Assembly (NCBI GenBank): GCA_963665125.2
Contig: CAXXUK010000002.1
Location: 224,001 to 288,000 of the forward strand
DNA: 64,000 nt
Source: an uncultured Desulfarculus sp.
GTDB lineage: Bacteria; Desulfobacterota; Desulfarculia; Desulfarculales; Desulfarculaceae
Reading direction: 5' to 3'
The notes under the pieces: generated by a model
The model's database searches: none
The model's input: the letters and a program-made list of their open reading frames with translations, nothing else
Told to the model about the DNA's origin: nothing
Program-made: the position numbers and the translations under genes
Shown here: one piece after another, positions 1 to 10,064 of the stretch
How the letters are laid out: each line of letters starts with the position of its first letter
How positions within the stretch are numbered: the first letter of the stretch is position 1

Positions 1-234
1 CCAATCATAAAGGCGGTACTCGACCTCCACGCCGGTCTTTTTACCCCATAGTTTCCAGAGATCGACGGATATGCCGGACACATTGCCGTTGTCGTCGCGA
101 AACTCAAAAGGAGCATAAGCGATATCACCCACCACCGTGACCCGGCGCTGGGGCTGTTGTCCCATGGCAAAGCCCATCCACAGCGCCATGACCAAGCAGG
201 TGCATATGGCGACGGTCGATAAGAAATGACGCAT
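1..234 (-). CDS. Partial (runs off window) family-3 periplasmic substrate-binding domain protein, possibly the sensor part of a larger protein
   Basis: Manual translation from ATG 234: MRHFLSTVAICTCLVMALWMGFAMGQQPQRRVTVVGDIAYAPFEFRDDNGNVSGISVDLWKLWGKKTGVEVEY; signal peptide plus YAPFEF...G..VDL motif of SBP_bac_3. Confidence 0.75.
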   Translation of the reverse strand, partial: MRHFLSTVAICTCLVMALWMGFAMGQQPQRRVTVVGDIAYAPFEFRDDNGNVSGISVDLWKLWGKKTGVEVEYRLYDW

Positions 235-437
235 ACGCTCAACAAGTTCCAAACGTTAGGGCGAGGGTGGCAGGAGCCCCAGCGAATTTCGGAAGCAACC
301 GACAATTTCGATAGGTAATAGTGCCAGATCACACTTGTTTGATCAATCTTTTCAGTTGATGAATCATCGGATGCTCCGGCAATGCCGGGGCCGGACGTTC
401 AGACGAGCCCAGCCCCGGCATTATGAGCCGCGGTTGG

Positions 438-824
438 TCATGCCAGGGCGGGGGAGAAAACCGCCTGGAGCACAAGACCGCCGGCGCCGGCGGCAACCCT
501 GTGCGGCGCATTGGGCGGCATGACAGCCATGTTGCCGGGCCGGTAGACCAGGGTCCGTTCACCGAGCACGCACTTGCCATCCCCGGCCAGGACAAAATGA
601 AACTCGGTCTGGTCCTGGTGGAAATGCTCGCCTATCTCCATGCCCGGCCCGATTCTGACCAAATGCACCGAAAATTCGCCATTGGTGTTTGAACCCGTGA
701 TGACGTTGCGTAAATGCACCCCGGAAAACCGGGGGTGCGGGTTCCAGGCCAAATCGGCGGCATTGGCAGATCCTTCCTCGGTAACAATGCATCCGACTTC
801 AATAAAATTTAATATATCCGACAT
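438..824 (-). CDS. Cupin-domain protein
   Basis: Cupin motifs EHFHQDQTEFHFVLAG and PPNAPHRV. Confidence 0.85.
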   Translation of the reverse strand: MSDILNFIEVGCIVTEEGSANAADLAWNPHPRFSGVHLRNVITGSNTNGEFSVHLVRIGPGMEIGEHFHQDQTEFHFVLAGDGKCVLGERTLVYRPGNMAVMPPNAPHRVAAGAGGLVLQAVFSPALA

Positions 825-898
825 GTTCCATCCTTAATCCCATGGCGTTGCCGCCGGAAAATTTGTTTGCGCCTTTGGTCTCTCTGCTGTATCCTGGC

Positions 899-941
899 GC
901 TACATTTATTGTAACAGACTACTGCTACTTTTTATGTAGCA
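899..941. promoter_or_regulatory. Two palindromic operator candidates between divergent cupin and HxlR genes
   Basis: GCTAC-N7-GTAAC (899-915) and TGCTAC-N7-GTAGCA (923-941). Confidence 0.5.
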
Positions 942-952
942 CAAGGAGAAAA

Positions 953-1285
953 ATGCCCACCACCACGCCAAAACCGGGAGCCCCCGTACGCGGCTCCAAG
1001 TCAGGCCGCCCGATAATGGCGCTGTTGGACCTGCTGGGACGCCGCTGGGCGCTAAGGGTCATTTTTGAATTGAAAGACGGGCCCATGAGGTTCCGGGCCC
1101 TGCAGGAAACATGCGATCAGGTCTCACCGACCATGCTCAACATGCGGTTGAAGGAATTGCGGGAAGTGGACATCGTCCAAAAAACCAACGACGGATATTG
1201 CCTGACGGAAATGGGCCAAGACCTCTGGAATTTGTTTGAGCCACTGCGCGGCTGGGCCGACCGTTGGGCAAAACGCCAGGGTTGA
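953..1285 (+). CDS. HxlR-family winged-helix transcriptional regulator
   Basis: LDLLGRRWALRVI...RFRALQE...SPTML..RLKEL; AGGAG RBS before ATG 953 (ORF track starts at 842). Confidence 0.88.
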   Translation: MPTTTPKPGAPVRGSKSGRPIMALLDLLGRRWALRVIFELKDGPMRFRALQETCDQVSPTMLNMRLKELREVDIVQKTNDGYCLTEMGQDLWNLFEPLRGWADRWAKRQG

Positions 1286-3568
1286 TCAGTCTCCCTCCTC
1301 GGCATTTGGTTGCTCTTCGCCGCCCAACACCTCGAAAACGGCCATGGAAAGCTCGCTCATGGAAAACGGTTTGATAAGCACCTTGACGGCTCCCTGTTCC
1401 ATGGCCTCTTTAATCAGGGCCGCATCTCCTCCTCCGGAGATTATCAGGGTGGGCATTTCCGGCTTGATAAAGTGGACCTGGTTCATCAGTTCCAAGCCGC
1501 TCACGACCGGCATCATGAAATCGGTGATCAGAACATCGAAGCGGGCCGGATCGCGTTGAAAGGCATCCATGGCTTTTTCCGCGCCGGTAAAGGTCGAAAC
1601 GTTGTAGCCCAGGCCCTCGAGCATGGCCCGTCCCACTTCCAGCACCTCCGGATCGTCCTCCACCAGAATCAAATTGCCATGGCCGGTGACCACCGGTTCG
1701 GGCGGGATCTCCCTGGCTGGTTCGGACGGCTGGGTCAGGGGAAGAATCACCTCGAACATCGCGCCCTTGCCGTCGTGCTTGTTGCGGCCCCAAACCACTC
1801 CGCCATGTTCACGTACTATGCCGTCGACCACCGACAGGCCCAAACCGGAGCCGCCGCCCACACCACGAGTGGTGAAAAACGGGTCGAAAATCCGATCGGC
1901 AATATCGTTGGCCATTCCTTCGCCCTCGTCCTCGACCAACAATCTGGCGCAGCCGTTGCCGCCGTCGGAGACCGCCTCGCAAAAGGCGGGATCGGTGGTA
2001 GCGTCCAAGCTCACGGTCAACTTGCCGCCGCCGGGCATGGCCTGAGCCGCGTTGTTGATCAGGTTGACGAGTATTTGATGGATACCGCTGCTGTTGGCAT
2101 GGACAAGCATAGGTTCCGGGGAAATATAAAACTCCATTTCCAGGGAACTGGGCAGAGATGAGCGCATGAAGCGAACCGACTCCTTGACCAGGGGGCGCAA
2201 ATCAAGCTCTGTCTTATCCGTGGATTTTTGGCGGCTGAACATCAGGAGCTGCTTGACCAGGTCACGGGCCCTTGTTGAAGCGTCAATAACCTCGCCCAGT
2301 TCCTTTTCCGGCACACCGCCCTGCTTGACCTTGCGCAGGGAAACCTGGGTAAACCCGAGGATAACGGTCAACAGGTTGTTGAATTCGTGGGCGATCCCCC
2401 CGGCCAGGGTGCCCACGGCCTCCATTTTTTGGTTCTGGCGCAACTGGGTGGCCAGACGCTGGCGCTCAAATTCGTTCTTTTTCTTGTCGGTGATATCCGA
2501 AAAGGCGCCAACCACTCGCACGCTTTGGCCGTTTTCATCCGTGGCGAACACGCGGGCCGTAGTATGGAACCAACGCCAATCACCATCTTGATGCCTGAGG
2601 CGGTAGGTCCCTTCGTGAAATTTTATCGCGCCGGTTCGGAAAGCATTACGAACAAGGGCGAAGTCCCCAAAATCATCCGGGTGCATCAGCGCGGTGAGAG
2701 AGTCGAAATCCATGATCGAGTTTTGACGTTCCATACCCAGCAGGGCAAACAATCTGGGGCTGAAAAACGCTTCCCCGCCGAGCACGTCCCAATCCATGAG
2801 GCCGTCACTTGAACTGGCCATGGCCATTCTGTATTGTTCTTCACTTTGGCGCAGCGCTTCTTCGGCTGCGGCGCGGCTTTCCACCTCTTCGGCCAAGGCC
2901 CTGTTGCGCTTTTCCAACTCCCGCAGGGCGATCAAAGACGGCAAGACGACCAGGACCATCAACACAACGGCGACGAACACGGTCTGGATGACGAACCCGC
3001 CTTCCATTCTCCGGATATTTTTATCCCAAGAGGCCGAGCCAACGAAAATCTTCAATTCAGGCACGGGATAAATAAAGGCCATTTTCAGGCCCGAATCGCC
3101 TTGCTGTCCGGGAAACGGATAAGTAATGAATCCGCCTTGTGGTCGCTCTTTTACAAATTCCGCGAATTTGAGCATTGTGCTGGTAAGCATCGGCTTGTAT
3201 TTGCTCAGCCGATCCGGGTCAGACAAATAGGGATGAACAACGATTTCTCCCTCTTGGGAGCCGATAAAAACGTAATTATCACCCTGGGGGCAATCAAACC
3301 GCACAGGACCCAACAACCCCTCGATATCCTTAATAGCCTGGTTTCGGGTGATTTCTCCGTTTTTATATTTGATTATCTGGGGTTTTATAGCCGCCAAGGC
3401 AATATGGACAAATTCTTGGAGTTGTCCCCTTACTCTATTTTCGTCATCTTCAACTATGGTTTTACTAACTCGTAAAAACCAGGCCGTTGAAAGGCCCAGC
3501 ACCACCACCGTGCAAAACACTATCAGCCAACTGGCTCGTGGATATGGGAAACTTTGATTTTTGGCCAA
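1286..3568 (-). CDS. Hybrid sensor histidine kinase (Cache-PAS-HisKA-HATPase-REC)
   Basis: Two TM segments around a Cache-like domain, PAS_3 (HPDD...YRLRHQDGDWRW), H-box GGIAHEFNNLL, G boxes, C-terminal receiver (EDD, TDFMMP, KPF). Confidence 0.93.
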   Translation of the reverse strand: MAKNQSFPYPRASWLIVFCTVVVLGLSTAWFLRVSKTIVEDDENRVRGQLQEFVHIALAAIKPQIIKYKNGEITRNQAIKDIEGLLGPVRFDCPQGDNYVFIGSQEGEIVVHPYLSDPDRLSKYKPMLTSTMLKFAEFVKERPQGGFITYPFPGQQGDSGLKMAFIYPVPELKIFVGSASWDKNIRRMEGGFVIQTVFVAVVLMVLVVLPSLIALRELEKRNRALAEEVESRAAAEEALRQSEEQYRMAMASSSDGLMDWDVLGGEAFFSPRLFALLGMERQNSIMDFDSLTALMHPDDFGDFALVRNAFRTGAIKFHEGTYRLRHQDGDWRWFHTTARVFATDENGQSVRVVGAFSDITDKKKNEFERQRLATQLRQNQKMEAVGTLAGGIAHEFNNLLTVILGFTQVSLRKVKQGGVPEKELGEVIDASTRARDLVKQLLMFSRQKSTDKTELDLRPLVKESVRFMRSSLPSSLEMEFYISPEPMLVHANSSGIHQILVNLINNAAQAMPGGGKLTVSLDATTDPAFCEAVSDGGNGCARLLVEDEGEGMANDIADRIFDPFFTTRGVGGGSGLGLSVVDGIVREHGGVVWGRNKHDGKGAMFEVILPLTQPSEPAREIPPEPVVTGHGNLILVEDDPEVLEVGRAMLEGLGYNVSTFTGAEKAMDAFQRDPARFDVLITDFMMPVVSGLELMNQVHFIKPEMPTLIISGGGDAALIKEAMEQGAVKVLIKPFSMSELSMAVFEVLGGEEQPNAEEGD

Positions 3569-3626
3569 AGCAAACGCCTTTTAAAGGGCTGACAAATGCG
3601 GCATGACGTCACCGGCTATTCTAGCA

Positions 3627-3672
3627 TAAAAAAACAAACCGGAGAGGGGTGGGGGGAGGCCCCCTCTCCGGT
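3627..3672 (-). terminator. Intrinsic terminator after MCP gene
   Basis: ACCGGAGAGGGG...CCCCTCTCCGGT hairpin followed by a T-rich run on the minus strand. Confidence 0.65.
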
Positions 3673-3730
3673 CGAGCTATGCCCTTGGATGATGATCGAG
3701 CTGAATTGTCCGGGCATTTCTCACATGGAA

Positions 3731-5560
3731 TTACGCATCCAAACCACTGGGAAGCGCCAGTTTTGCGCGTTTGTTTCCGTTAATAAATTCCATCCCTTGT
3801 TCAGATGCTTTGGCGGACGCTCCGCCGATTATGCCGGCCAGCAAGGTCACGGATTCACGGCTTTGCAGGGCCTGGGCCGACAATTCTTCCGCCGCCGCGG
3901 CGGCTTCTTCGGCGCTTGCCGCCACAGTCTGGGTGACCTTGTCCATCTCCGAGGTGGCCTGACTTATCTGGTCGACACCCTGGGCCTGTTGCTGGGTGGC
4001 GCTGCTTATTTGGGCCATCAGTTCGCCGACCTGCGCGGCGTACTTCTTGTTTTCGGTCAGGGCCTCGATCACCTGGTTTAGCTGGCCGGAGGTGATCTGC
4101 GTTTTCTTGTTGGCATTGAGGATCAGTTCTTCGGTGGTCTTGGCCGCTTCAGCGGCGCGCATGGCCAGGTTGCGAACTTCCTCGGCCACCACGGCAAAGC
4201 CCAATCCCGCATCACCGGCCCTGGCCGCTTCCACCGCCGCGTTGAGAGCCAGCAGGTTTGTCTGGAATGCGATCTCGTCGATCGTCTTGATGACCTTTAC
4301 CGTCTCATCACCGGCGGCAACGGTTTCGCGCATGACCACGGCCATCTCGTTTGCATGGTCCTCGATTCTCTTGAAATTGGACGCCACGATACCCGTCATG
4401 AGTTCATTGACCTGTTGGGCGTTCCCGGCGTTCTGCCTGGCCATGGCGGCCAGTTCCTCCAGCGAGGCGCTGGATTCCTCGATTGCCGCCGCCTGTTGCG
4501 ATGATCCCTCGGCCAGTTCCTGGCTGGCGCTATTGACCTGCCCGGCGGCCGCGGCCACGTTGTCGGCGCCGCTGTCGAGCTCCTGCATAACCATGGTGAT
4601 TGGCCGGCTGACACCGCGGGAGAACAGGATAGTCGCCAGCATCGCGGCCAGCACAGCCACGGCGCTGATGATGATTATGCCTTTGGTGATGTTGTGCACC
4701 GGCTCCAAAAACTCATCTGCCGTCAGGGCGATCAGCACGCTCCAATTGATTCCCGGCACATGAACCACGCCGGCGAACTTGTCTACTCCACCGAAGTGAT
4801 ATTCAACGACCCCGTCGGAACCACTGACAATCTTGCTGACCAATGGTCCCATTCCTTCGGTCTTGCTCATATCGAGCTTCATGACCAGATCAGCCTTGGG
4901 ATGCGCCAGGGTCAGGCCGGCGTTGCTGGTGACAACAGGGTAGCCGGTCTTGCCGATTTTTATTGAGGTGAAGGCATTGAAAAAGGCCGTATCCAGGCCG
5001 GCCGCCAAAACCGCCGTGACTTTTCCGTCGGCGGCCTTGATGGGCACGGCAATCATGGCGATGGGCTTTCCGGTTTTTTTGGAAATCACCATGTTGTCAT
5101 TGGAGATTTCTCCCCCTATGGCCTTTTGAAAATAATCCCTGTTGGAGACATTGATGTCTTTGTATGCGCCGTTGTTGCCGTCGGCAATGACCTTGCCGTT
5201 GGGATCGGCAATGAAGATGGTCTCGTAATTTTCGCCCACCGACGCTCTTACGGCATCCAGTTCCGCGGAAAGGACCGTTGCGGCGTTTTGCCTTACTTCG
5301 CCCTGCTCATGCCCCAGGATGCCGGTTTCGCGGACCGTGGTGGGGGAGGCGGCCGCTTCCATTAAAAGCTTGGTCTCGCCTTTCATGATGTGATCAAGGG
5401 TCTCGCTGATCCTTTTTGCGTTATCGAACACCGACTGCATGGCCGAATCCATCATTGCAGTCGACGCGGAATAATAAGCATATACGCCAACAATCAATAG
5501 CGGGATCAGCACCAGCGAGATACCGCCGATTGACATCTTTTTTCCCAGTGAAAGGCTCAT
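3731..5560 (-). CDS. Methyl-accepting chemotaxis protein with dCache sensor
   Basis: TM-dCache-TM; signalling hairpin [37 protein letters not shown]. Confidence 0.95.
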   Translation of the reverse strand: MSLSLGKKMSIGGISLVLIPLLIVGVYAYYSASTAMMDSAMQSVFDNAKRISETLDHIMKGETKLLMEAAASPTTVRETGILGHEQGEVRQNAATVLSAELDAVRASVGENYETIFIADPNGKVIADGNNGAYKDINVSNRDYFQKAIGGEISNDNMVISKKTGKPIAMIAVPIKAADGKVTAVLAAGLDTAFFNAFTSIKIGKTGYPVVTSNAGLTLAHPKADLVMKLDMSKTEGMGPLVSKIVSGSDGVVEYHFGGVDKFAGVVHVPGINWSVLIALTADEFLEPVHNITKGIIIISAVAVLAAMLATILFSRGVSRPITMVMQELDSGADNVAAAAGQVNSASQELAEGSSQQAAAIEESSASLEELAAMARQNAGNAQQVNELMTGIVASNFKRIEDHANEMAVVMRETVAAGDETVKVIKTIDEIAFQTNLLALNAAVEAARAGDAGLGFAVVAEEVRNLAMRAAEAAKTTEELILNANKKTQITSGQLNQVIEALTENKKYAAQVGELMAQISSATQQQAQGVDQISQATSEMDKVTQTVAASAEEAAAAAEELSAQALQSRESVTLLAGIIGGASAKASEQGMEFINGNKRAKLALPSGLDA

Positions 5561-6031
5561 CTACCACTCCTCGTTGATCAATCCGGATCCGCCGTCGAAT
5601 ATCGGTGCGTGCCAACCATCCACCGAGCCCAATTGCGGCCGTGAAGCCATGCGCTGGGCCATTTTTTGAAGGATCGCACACAGGGAATATCCGGTTGGCA
5701 GACCATAGAAGCTGATTCTAGGCTCCAACAACCAAGTCTTTGCACCGACCTTTCCCGGTTCCTCCGGAAGGATCAGTATCAATTCCAATCCCTTCAAAAG
5801 GTCACGATGATGCAAGACAATGTCTGTTTCGTCTTGGGACTGTAGGCATAGGATTATGATCGGAGCGGGTGAGCCCAGGGGAGACCGCAGGGTTTTAAAA
5901 AATAAATCAAGATCTTCATGCACCATAACGCGCCAACCGGGCAAACCGTCCTTGAGGACCTTTGCCGTGATTTTACATTGGCCGTTTTCGTTTTCCTGGT
6001 TGCAGTAGAAAAGAAGTCTCATTGCACCCAC
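5561..6031 (-). CDS. Hypothetical protein, possible degenerate receiver-like fold, coupled to MCP
   Basis: 156-aa ORF whose stop abuts the MCP start; alternating beta/alpha pattern without canonical REC acidic residues. Confidence 0.6.
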   Translation of the reverse strand: MGAMRLLFYCNQENENGQCKITAKVLKDGLPGWRVMVHEDLDLFFKTLRSPLGSPAPIIILCLQSQDETDIVLHHRDLLKGLELILILPEEPGKVGAKTWLLEPRISFYGLPTGYSLCAILQKMAQRMASRPQLGSVDGWHAPIFDGGSGLINEEW

Positions 6032-6072
6032 CTTGCATGTTTTGCAAAAGCTTTTTAAGTGGGGATTGTTAA

Positions 6073-6089
6073 TACAAAGGACGTGCCAA
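6073..6089 (-). promoter_or_regulatory. sigma54 (-24/-12) promoter for the 6031-3731 operon
   Basis: Minus strand TTGGCACGTCCTTTGTA matches TGGCAC-N5-TTGC with one mismatch. Confidence 0.7.
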
Positions 6090-6170
6090 GAGCACCATAT
6101 TGGTATTACCTTGAATTAATTAGTATTTTCATGATTAGTTTATCGGTTCGGCATCGTTGAACAGCCTAAA

Positions 6171-6236
6171 TTCCGTTATTTGCGGAACCATCAGTTCGCA
6201 AATCATGGATTTTTTAGATTTTCCGCAAAAGGAAAA
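6171..6236. promoter_or_regulatory. Candidate enhancer (UAS) sites for a sigma54 activator
   Basis: TTCCG-N7-CGGAA palindrome at 6171-6187 and a related TTCCGCAAAAGGAAAA at 6221-6236, about 85-145 bp upstream of the -24 element. Confidence 0.5.
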
Positions 6237-6261
6237 CAGCCGGCCCGGGGGCTATAGGCGG

Positions 6262-7698
6262 CTACTTCAAGAAGGCGAGATCGTGTTTCTTCAGCAACCC
6301 GTACAAACGGGTCTTGGCCAGACCTGATACGCGCATGGCCTCGTTGCGGTCGCTGCCTGTCTCCAGCAACAGCCTCTCCAGATATTGACGCTCCAGCACA
6401 TCCACGCAGTTGTCCCGAAAATCCTTGAAATTGGGCAACCGTCCCGCCTGTTCCAACACCTCGTCGAAGGCATTGTGTCCGGCATGGGTCGCCACTGGGG
6501 ACTGCCCGCCGCCGCCTTGGCCTATCGTCGAGCGAATGCCCTTGGCCCGAAGTTCAACCGGCAGGTGCTGGCCAAACAAAACCGGCTCCGTGATGCAGCG
6601 GGACAAGACCATCTCCAGGGTGTTGAACAGTTCCCTGACATTGCCCGGCCAGTCATAGGTCCGCAGCAGATCAAAGAAATCCGGCGAAAAACCTTTCAAT
6701 GGGATTTGATATTTATTGCAGAGCCTGTTGATGAAATGGACAGCCAGGTCTTCTATATCGTCGAGCCTGTCGCGCAGCGGCGGCAGTTTGATGACAAACG
6801 TCTTCAAGCGAAACAGCAAGTCGTCGCGGAATTGGCCTTCGTCAACCATGTACTGTAAATCGCGGTTGGTGGCGGCCAGCAATCTGAAGTCGCTGTGCTT
6901 TTCCGAGGCCCCGCCGACCGGACGGAAGCTGTGCTCCTGAAGGGCACGCAGCAGCTTTTTCTGCATGAACAGGGGTAGCTCGCCAACCTCGTCCAGAAAA
7001 AGAGTGCCGTGGTCGGCCTGTTGCAGCAGGCCAGGACGGGCCTTGTCCGCCCCGGTGAAGGCTCCCTTTTCATGGCCGAACAATACGCTCTCCACCAGGT
7101 TTTCCGGCAGGCTGGCGCAGTCTACAACCACGAAGGGCGCATTGGCCCTGGCGCTGTTGCCGTGCAGCACCTTGGCGAAAAGTTCCTTGCCGGTGCCCGT
7201 CTCGCCGGTGATCAGCACGTTGGCGTCAGTGGATGCGGCCTGGGCGGCCAGGTTCAGGCATTGCTTGATGGCCCTGCTATCACCGATGACGCCCGCCCGG
7301 TCCAAGGCACGCAGACCCTGACTGTTCTGCTTTTGGTGGCGGTATTCCAGGGACCGGTGCAAGGCCAGGCTGAACTGATCCATGGAAGGAGGTTTTTCCA
7401 GGTAATCCCAGGCCCCGTTTTTAACGGCCAGTTCCGCTCCGTCCGGGTCGCCGTATCCGGTCATGATAATGACTTCGGGGTTTCCCGGCCCTTCCTTGAG
7501 TACGGGCAGGGCCTCCAGGCCGTTGCCGTCGGGAAGGCGCACGTCCAGAAAAACCACGTCAAATTCCCGGCTGCCGGATTGTTTCAAGGCGTCGGAAACA
7601 GTCCCAACCGAAACGCTTTCGTGGCCCAGTTCAGCGAATTCCGATTCCAAAAGGCGGCAAATGCCCGGTTCATCGTCGACAACCAGAATCCTGGCCAT
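6262..7698 (-). CDS. NtrC-family sigma54-dependent response regulator
   Basis: Receiver (VVDDE, DVRLPDG), Walker A GETGTGKE, GAFTGA, FLDEVGE, WPGNVREL, C-terminal HTH. Confidence 0.96.
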   Translation of the reverse strand: MARILVVDDEPGICRLLESEFAELGHESVSVGTVSDALKQSGSREFDVVFLDVRLPDGNGLEALPVLKEGPGNPEVIIMTGYGDPDGAELAVKNGAWDYLEKPPSMDQFSLALHRSLEYRHQKQNSQGLRALDRAGVIGDSRAIKQCLNLAAQAASTDANVLITGETGTGKELFAKVLHGNSARANAPFVVVDCASLPENLVESVLFGHEKGAFTGADKARPGLLQQADHGTLFLDEVGELPLFMQKKLLRALQEHSFRPVGGASEKHSDFRLLAATNRDLQYMVDEGQFRDDLLFRLKTFVIKLPPLRDRLDDIEDLAVHFINRLCNKYQIPLKGFSPDFFDLLRTYDWPGNVRELFNTLEMVLSRCITEPVLFGQHLPVELRAKGIRSTIGQGGGGQSPVATHAGHNAFDEVLEQAGRLPNFKDFRDNCVDVLERQYLERLLLETGSDRNEAMRVSGLAKTRLYGLLKKHDLAFLK

Positions 7699-7816
7699 GC
7701 ATCCCCCGCTTGGTTCAGGTTCAACAAAGTCTTCTCGCTACTTAAAATAGCATCCCAGGCGGTGCTGAGCAAATATCGAAGTGATGTTCATATGGTATGC
7801 CTGAGTGGGGCATTTA

Positions 7817-8557
7817 CTAAACCAGCAGTATCGCCGACCCCAGACCAACGACTAAAACACCGGCCAGCCACTGGCGGCGGTCAAAGCCCAGCCGGACGTC
7901 CCAGGCGCCGGGCCCGTCCAAGTTCCGGGTGGCCAGGGCCAGGGTCTGGCGCCAGGCCTTTTGGCTCCAGTAGCGCAGAAGAGACTGGGTCATCAGGATG
8001 ACCCTGCGCCGCCACGGCAGCTTCAAGCCCCGGATGGCGAAGGAGGTCTGAACGGTCTTGATGCTCTGCCAGACCTGGGGCAGAAAATGCACGAACAGAG
8101 CCATGGACAGAGCTGTCTGCCAGGCCCTGCCGCGCAGAACGGGCCGCAGCAGCGAGGCCAGGGCCATACCCAGCGAGCGCGGCGAGGTGGCCAGGGCCAG
8201 GCACAGGCCGATAATCAGGAGCACGGCCAGGCGCAGGCCCAGTTCGGCAGAGACCAGGGCCGCCTCCTGCCAGCCAAAGCCGGTCCAGAGATCCAGGCCG
8301 AATTTGACGAGCATCCAGACCACCACGAATAAAATATAGGCCTTGGCCATGGAACGGTTGACAGGGTTGCGCAGGGTCACCGCGGCCAAAACAAGCCCTT
8401 GCAGCAATCCGAACAGCAACAACCCGCTCACCGAGGCCCGCAAAGCCAGCAGGCCGAAGACCATGGCCGCCAGGACCTTGATCCTGGGGTCCGCGTCTTC
8501 CAGAACCCCGGCCAGGGCGGAGGTGATGCCAGCGCTATGAGTAGCGGCTTGGGCCAT
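7817..8557 (-). CDS. ECF transporter transmembrane T component (BioN/CbiQ-like)
   Basis: DPRIK motif, multiple TM helices, two Arg motifs (IRG, TRN); operon with ATPase and BioY. Confidence 0.8.
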   Translation of the reverse strand: MAQAATHSAGITSALAGVLEDADPRIKVLAAMVFGLLALRASVSGLLLFGLLQGLVLAAVTLRNPVNRSMAKAYILFVVVWMLVKFGLDLWTGFGWQEAALVSAELGLRLAVLLIIGLCLALATSPRSLGMALASLLRPVLRGRAWQTALSMALFVHFLPQVWQSIKTVQTSFAIRGLKLPWRRRVILMTQSLLRYWSQKAWRQTLALATRNLDGPGAWDVRLGFDRRQWLAGVLVVGLGSAILLV

Positions 8558-8566
8558 GACTCAAGC

Positions 8567-9298
8567 TCACTTCCAGGTCTGGACGCCCAAACCGGCCTGC
8601 CAAGAGCAGGGTGGTCTGACGTCGAAGTCGGCTATACGGTCGAAAATTTCGCTGCTGGGCCCGGCCAGGGCCAGACGCCCGTGGCGCAGCACCACCCAGG
8701 TGTCCACCAGATCGGCCAGGGGCTCCAGGTCGTGGGCCGTGACGATCTGGGTCAGGCCGCCCTCTCGGTTGTCGGCCAGGGTCTGGCGCATCTGTTTGAT
8801 GCCCGGATAATCCAGCCCGGCAAAGGGCTCGTCCAACAGCAGCACCGCCGGGTTGTGGTAAAGAGTGGCGGCCAGACACAGGCGCTTTTTCTGGCCCCAG
8901 GACAACTCGTGCACCGCCCGGTCCAGCAGATCGGCCAGGCCGTATTCCCGGGCCAGTTCCTCCAGCTCAGGCGGCAGGCCCTTGCCGTTTGTTTCCGCGC
9001 CCAGGCTGAGGTCCTCGCGCACCGTGGAGCCGATGATCTGCAAATCGGCGTCCTGCATGACCAGACCGGCCCGGCGCCTGATCCGCTTGAGTTTGCCCGG
9101 CGACTTGCAGCCGTCCACGCTGAGGCTGCCGCCGGTGGGTTCGTACAGCCCGGCCAACAGGGCCAACAGCGTGGATTTGCCGCTGCCGTTGGCCCCCACC
9201 AGGCCCAGAGTCCGGCCCTGGGCCAGTTCTAAGCTGACATCATCCAGGGCCTGTTCCTGGCCCGGATAGGCAAAGCTGACGTGTTCGACGTTGATCAT
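8567..9298 (-). CDS. ECF transporter ATPase (BioM/CbiO-like)
   Basis: Walker A GANGSGKST, LSWGQKKR, LLLDEP; ATG 9298 overlaps bioY stop. Confidence 0.9.
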   Translation of the reverse strand: MINVEHVSFAYPGQEQALDDVSLELAQGRTLGLVGANGSGKSTLLALLAGLYEPTGGSLSVDGCKSPGKLKRIRRRAGLVMQDADLQIIGSTVREDLSLGAETNGKGLPPELEELAREYGLADLLDRAVHELSWGQKKRLCLAATLYHNPAVLLLDEPFAGLDYPGIKQMRQTLADNREGGLTQIVTAHDLEPLADLVDTWVVLRHGRLALAGPSSEIFDRIADFDVRPPCSWQAGLGVQTWK

Positions 9299-9846
9299 TT
9301 GGGCAGCAGCCGTTTGTCCTGCATGAACCGGTACACGGCCACGGCGGCGGCCAGCTTGACCAGATCTCCCGGCGCGAAGGGCAAAAAGCCCACGGTCAGG
9401 GCCTTGAGCCAATCCACGTCAAGGACCATCTTCAGCCGGGCCACGCCTATGGCGTACATCACCACAATGCCGAACAGGCCCCACAGGACGTCCCTGAGCC
9501 AGGGCAGACGCGCCTCCAGCTTGCGGGTGGCCATGCCGGTGATAGCCGCCTGGGCGATGAAACCGATCAGGAAACCGCCGGTGGGTCCCAGCAAATGGGC
9601 AAAGCCCGACTTGCCGCCCACGAACACCGGCAGGCCCGCCAACCCCGCGCCGACATACAGGCACAGGACAATGGCCCCGCCCACCGGGCCCATGATCAGC
9701 CCGGCCATCATCACGAAAAACGGTTGCAGGGAAAAGGGGATAGGGCCAAGGGGCAGTTGCAGATAGGCCCCCACGGCCGTCAGGGCCGCCAAAAGCGACG
9801 TCCAGACCATGCGGTTGAGGCTGGTCAATGATTCGTTTTGCTGCAT
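9295..9846 (-). CDS. bioY: Biotin ECF S component BioY
   Basis: PIPFSLQ, GLPVFVGGKSG, GPTGGFLIGF, PGDLVK motifs; start at ATG 9846. Confidence 0.93.
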   Translation of the reverse strand: MQQNESLTSLNRMVWTSLLAALTAVGAYLQLPLGPIPFSLQPFFVMMAGLIMGPVGGAIVLCLYVGAGLAGLPVFVGGKSGFAHLLGPTGGFLIGFIAQAAITGMATRKLEARLPWLRDVLWGLFGIVVMYAIGVARLKMVLDVDWLKALTVGFLPFAPGDLVKLAAAVAVYRFMQDKRLLPK

Positions 9847-9936
9847 TGCGCCGAACTCCGGGAAAAAACCGCCGCGCCGGGCGGGCATCCCCGCCTGAAA
9901 CGCAGTCAATGGCAAAGCATAGCGTCCAGCCGGTAA

Positions 9937-9967
9937 ACGTCAACCATTTTCGCCAATGGTTTACAAA
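9937..9967. promoter_or_regulatory. BirA operator upstream of bioY
   Basis: GTCAAC-N14-GTTTAC(AA) matches the BirA palindrome TGTtAAC-N14/15-GTTaACA. Confidence 0.65.
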
Positions 9968-10064
9968 CAGCCGGCCATGTCTCTGTTTTTTCGCCGCGAC
10001 AGTGCTATAAATTACTGGAGGCGGGACACCTGCTCCGCCGCCCAGAGGCCACGGAGGTGCATTG

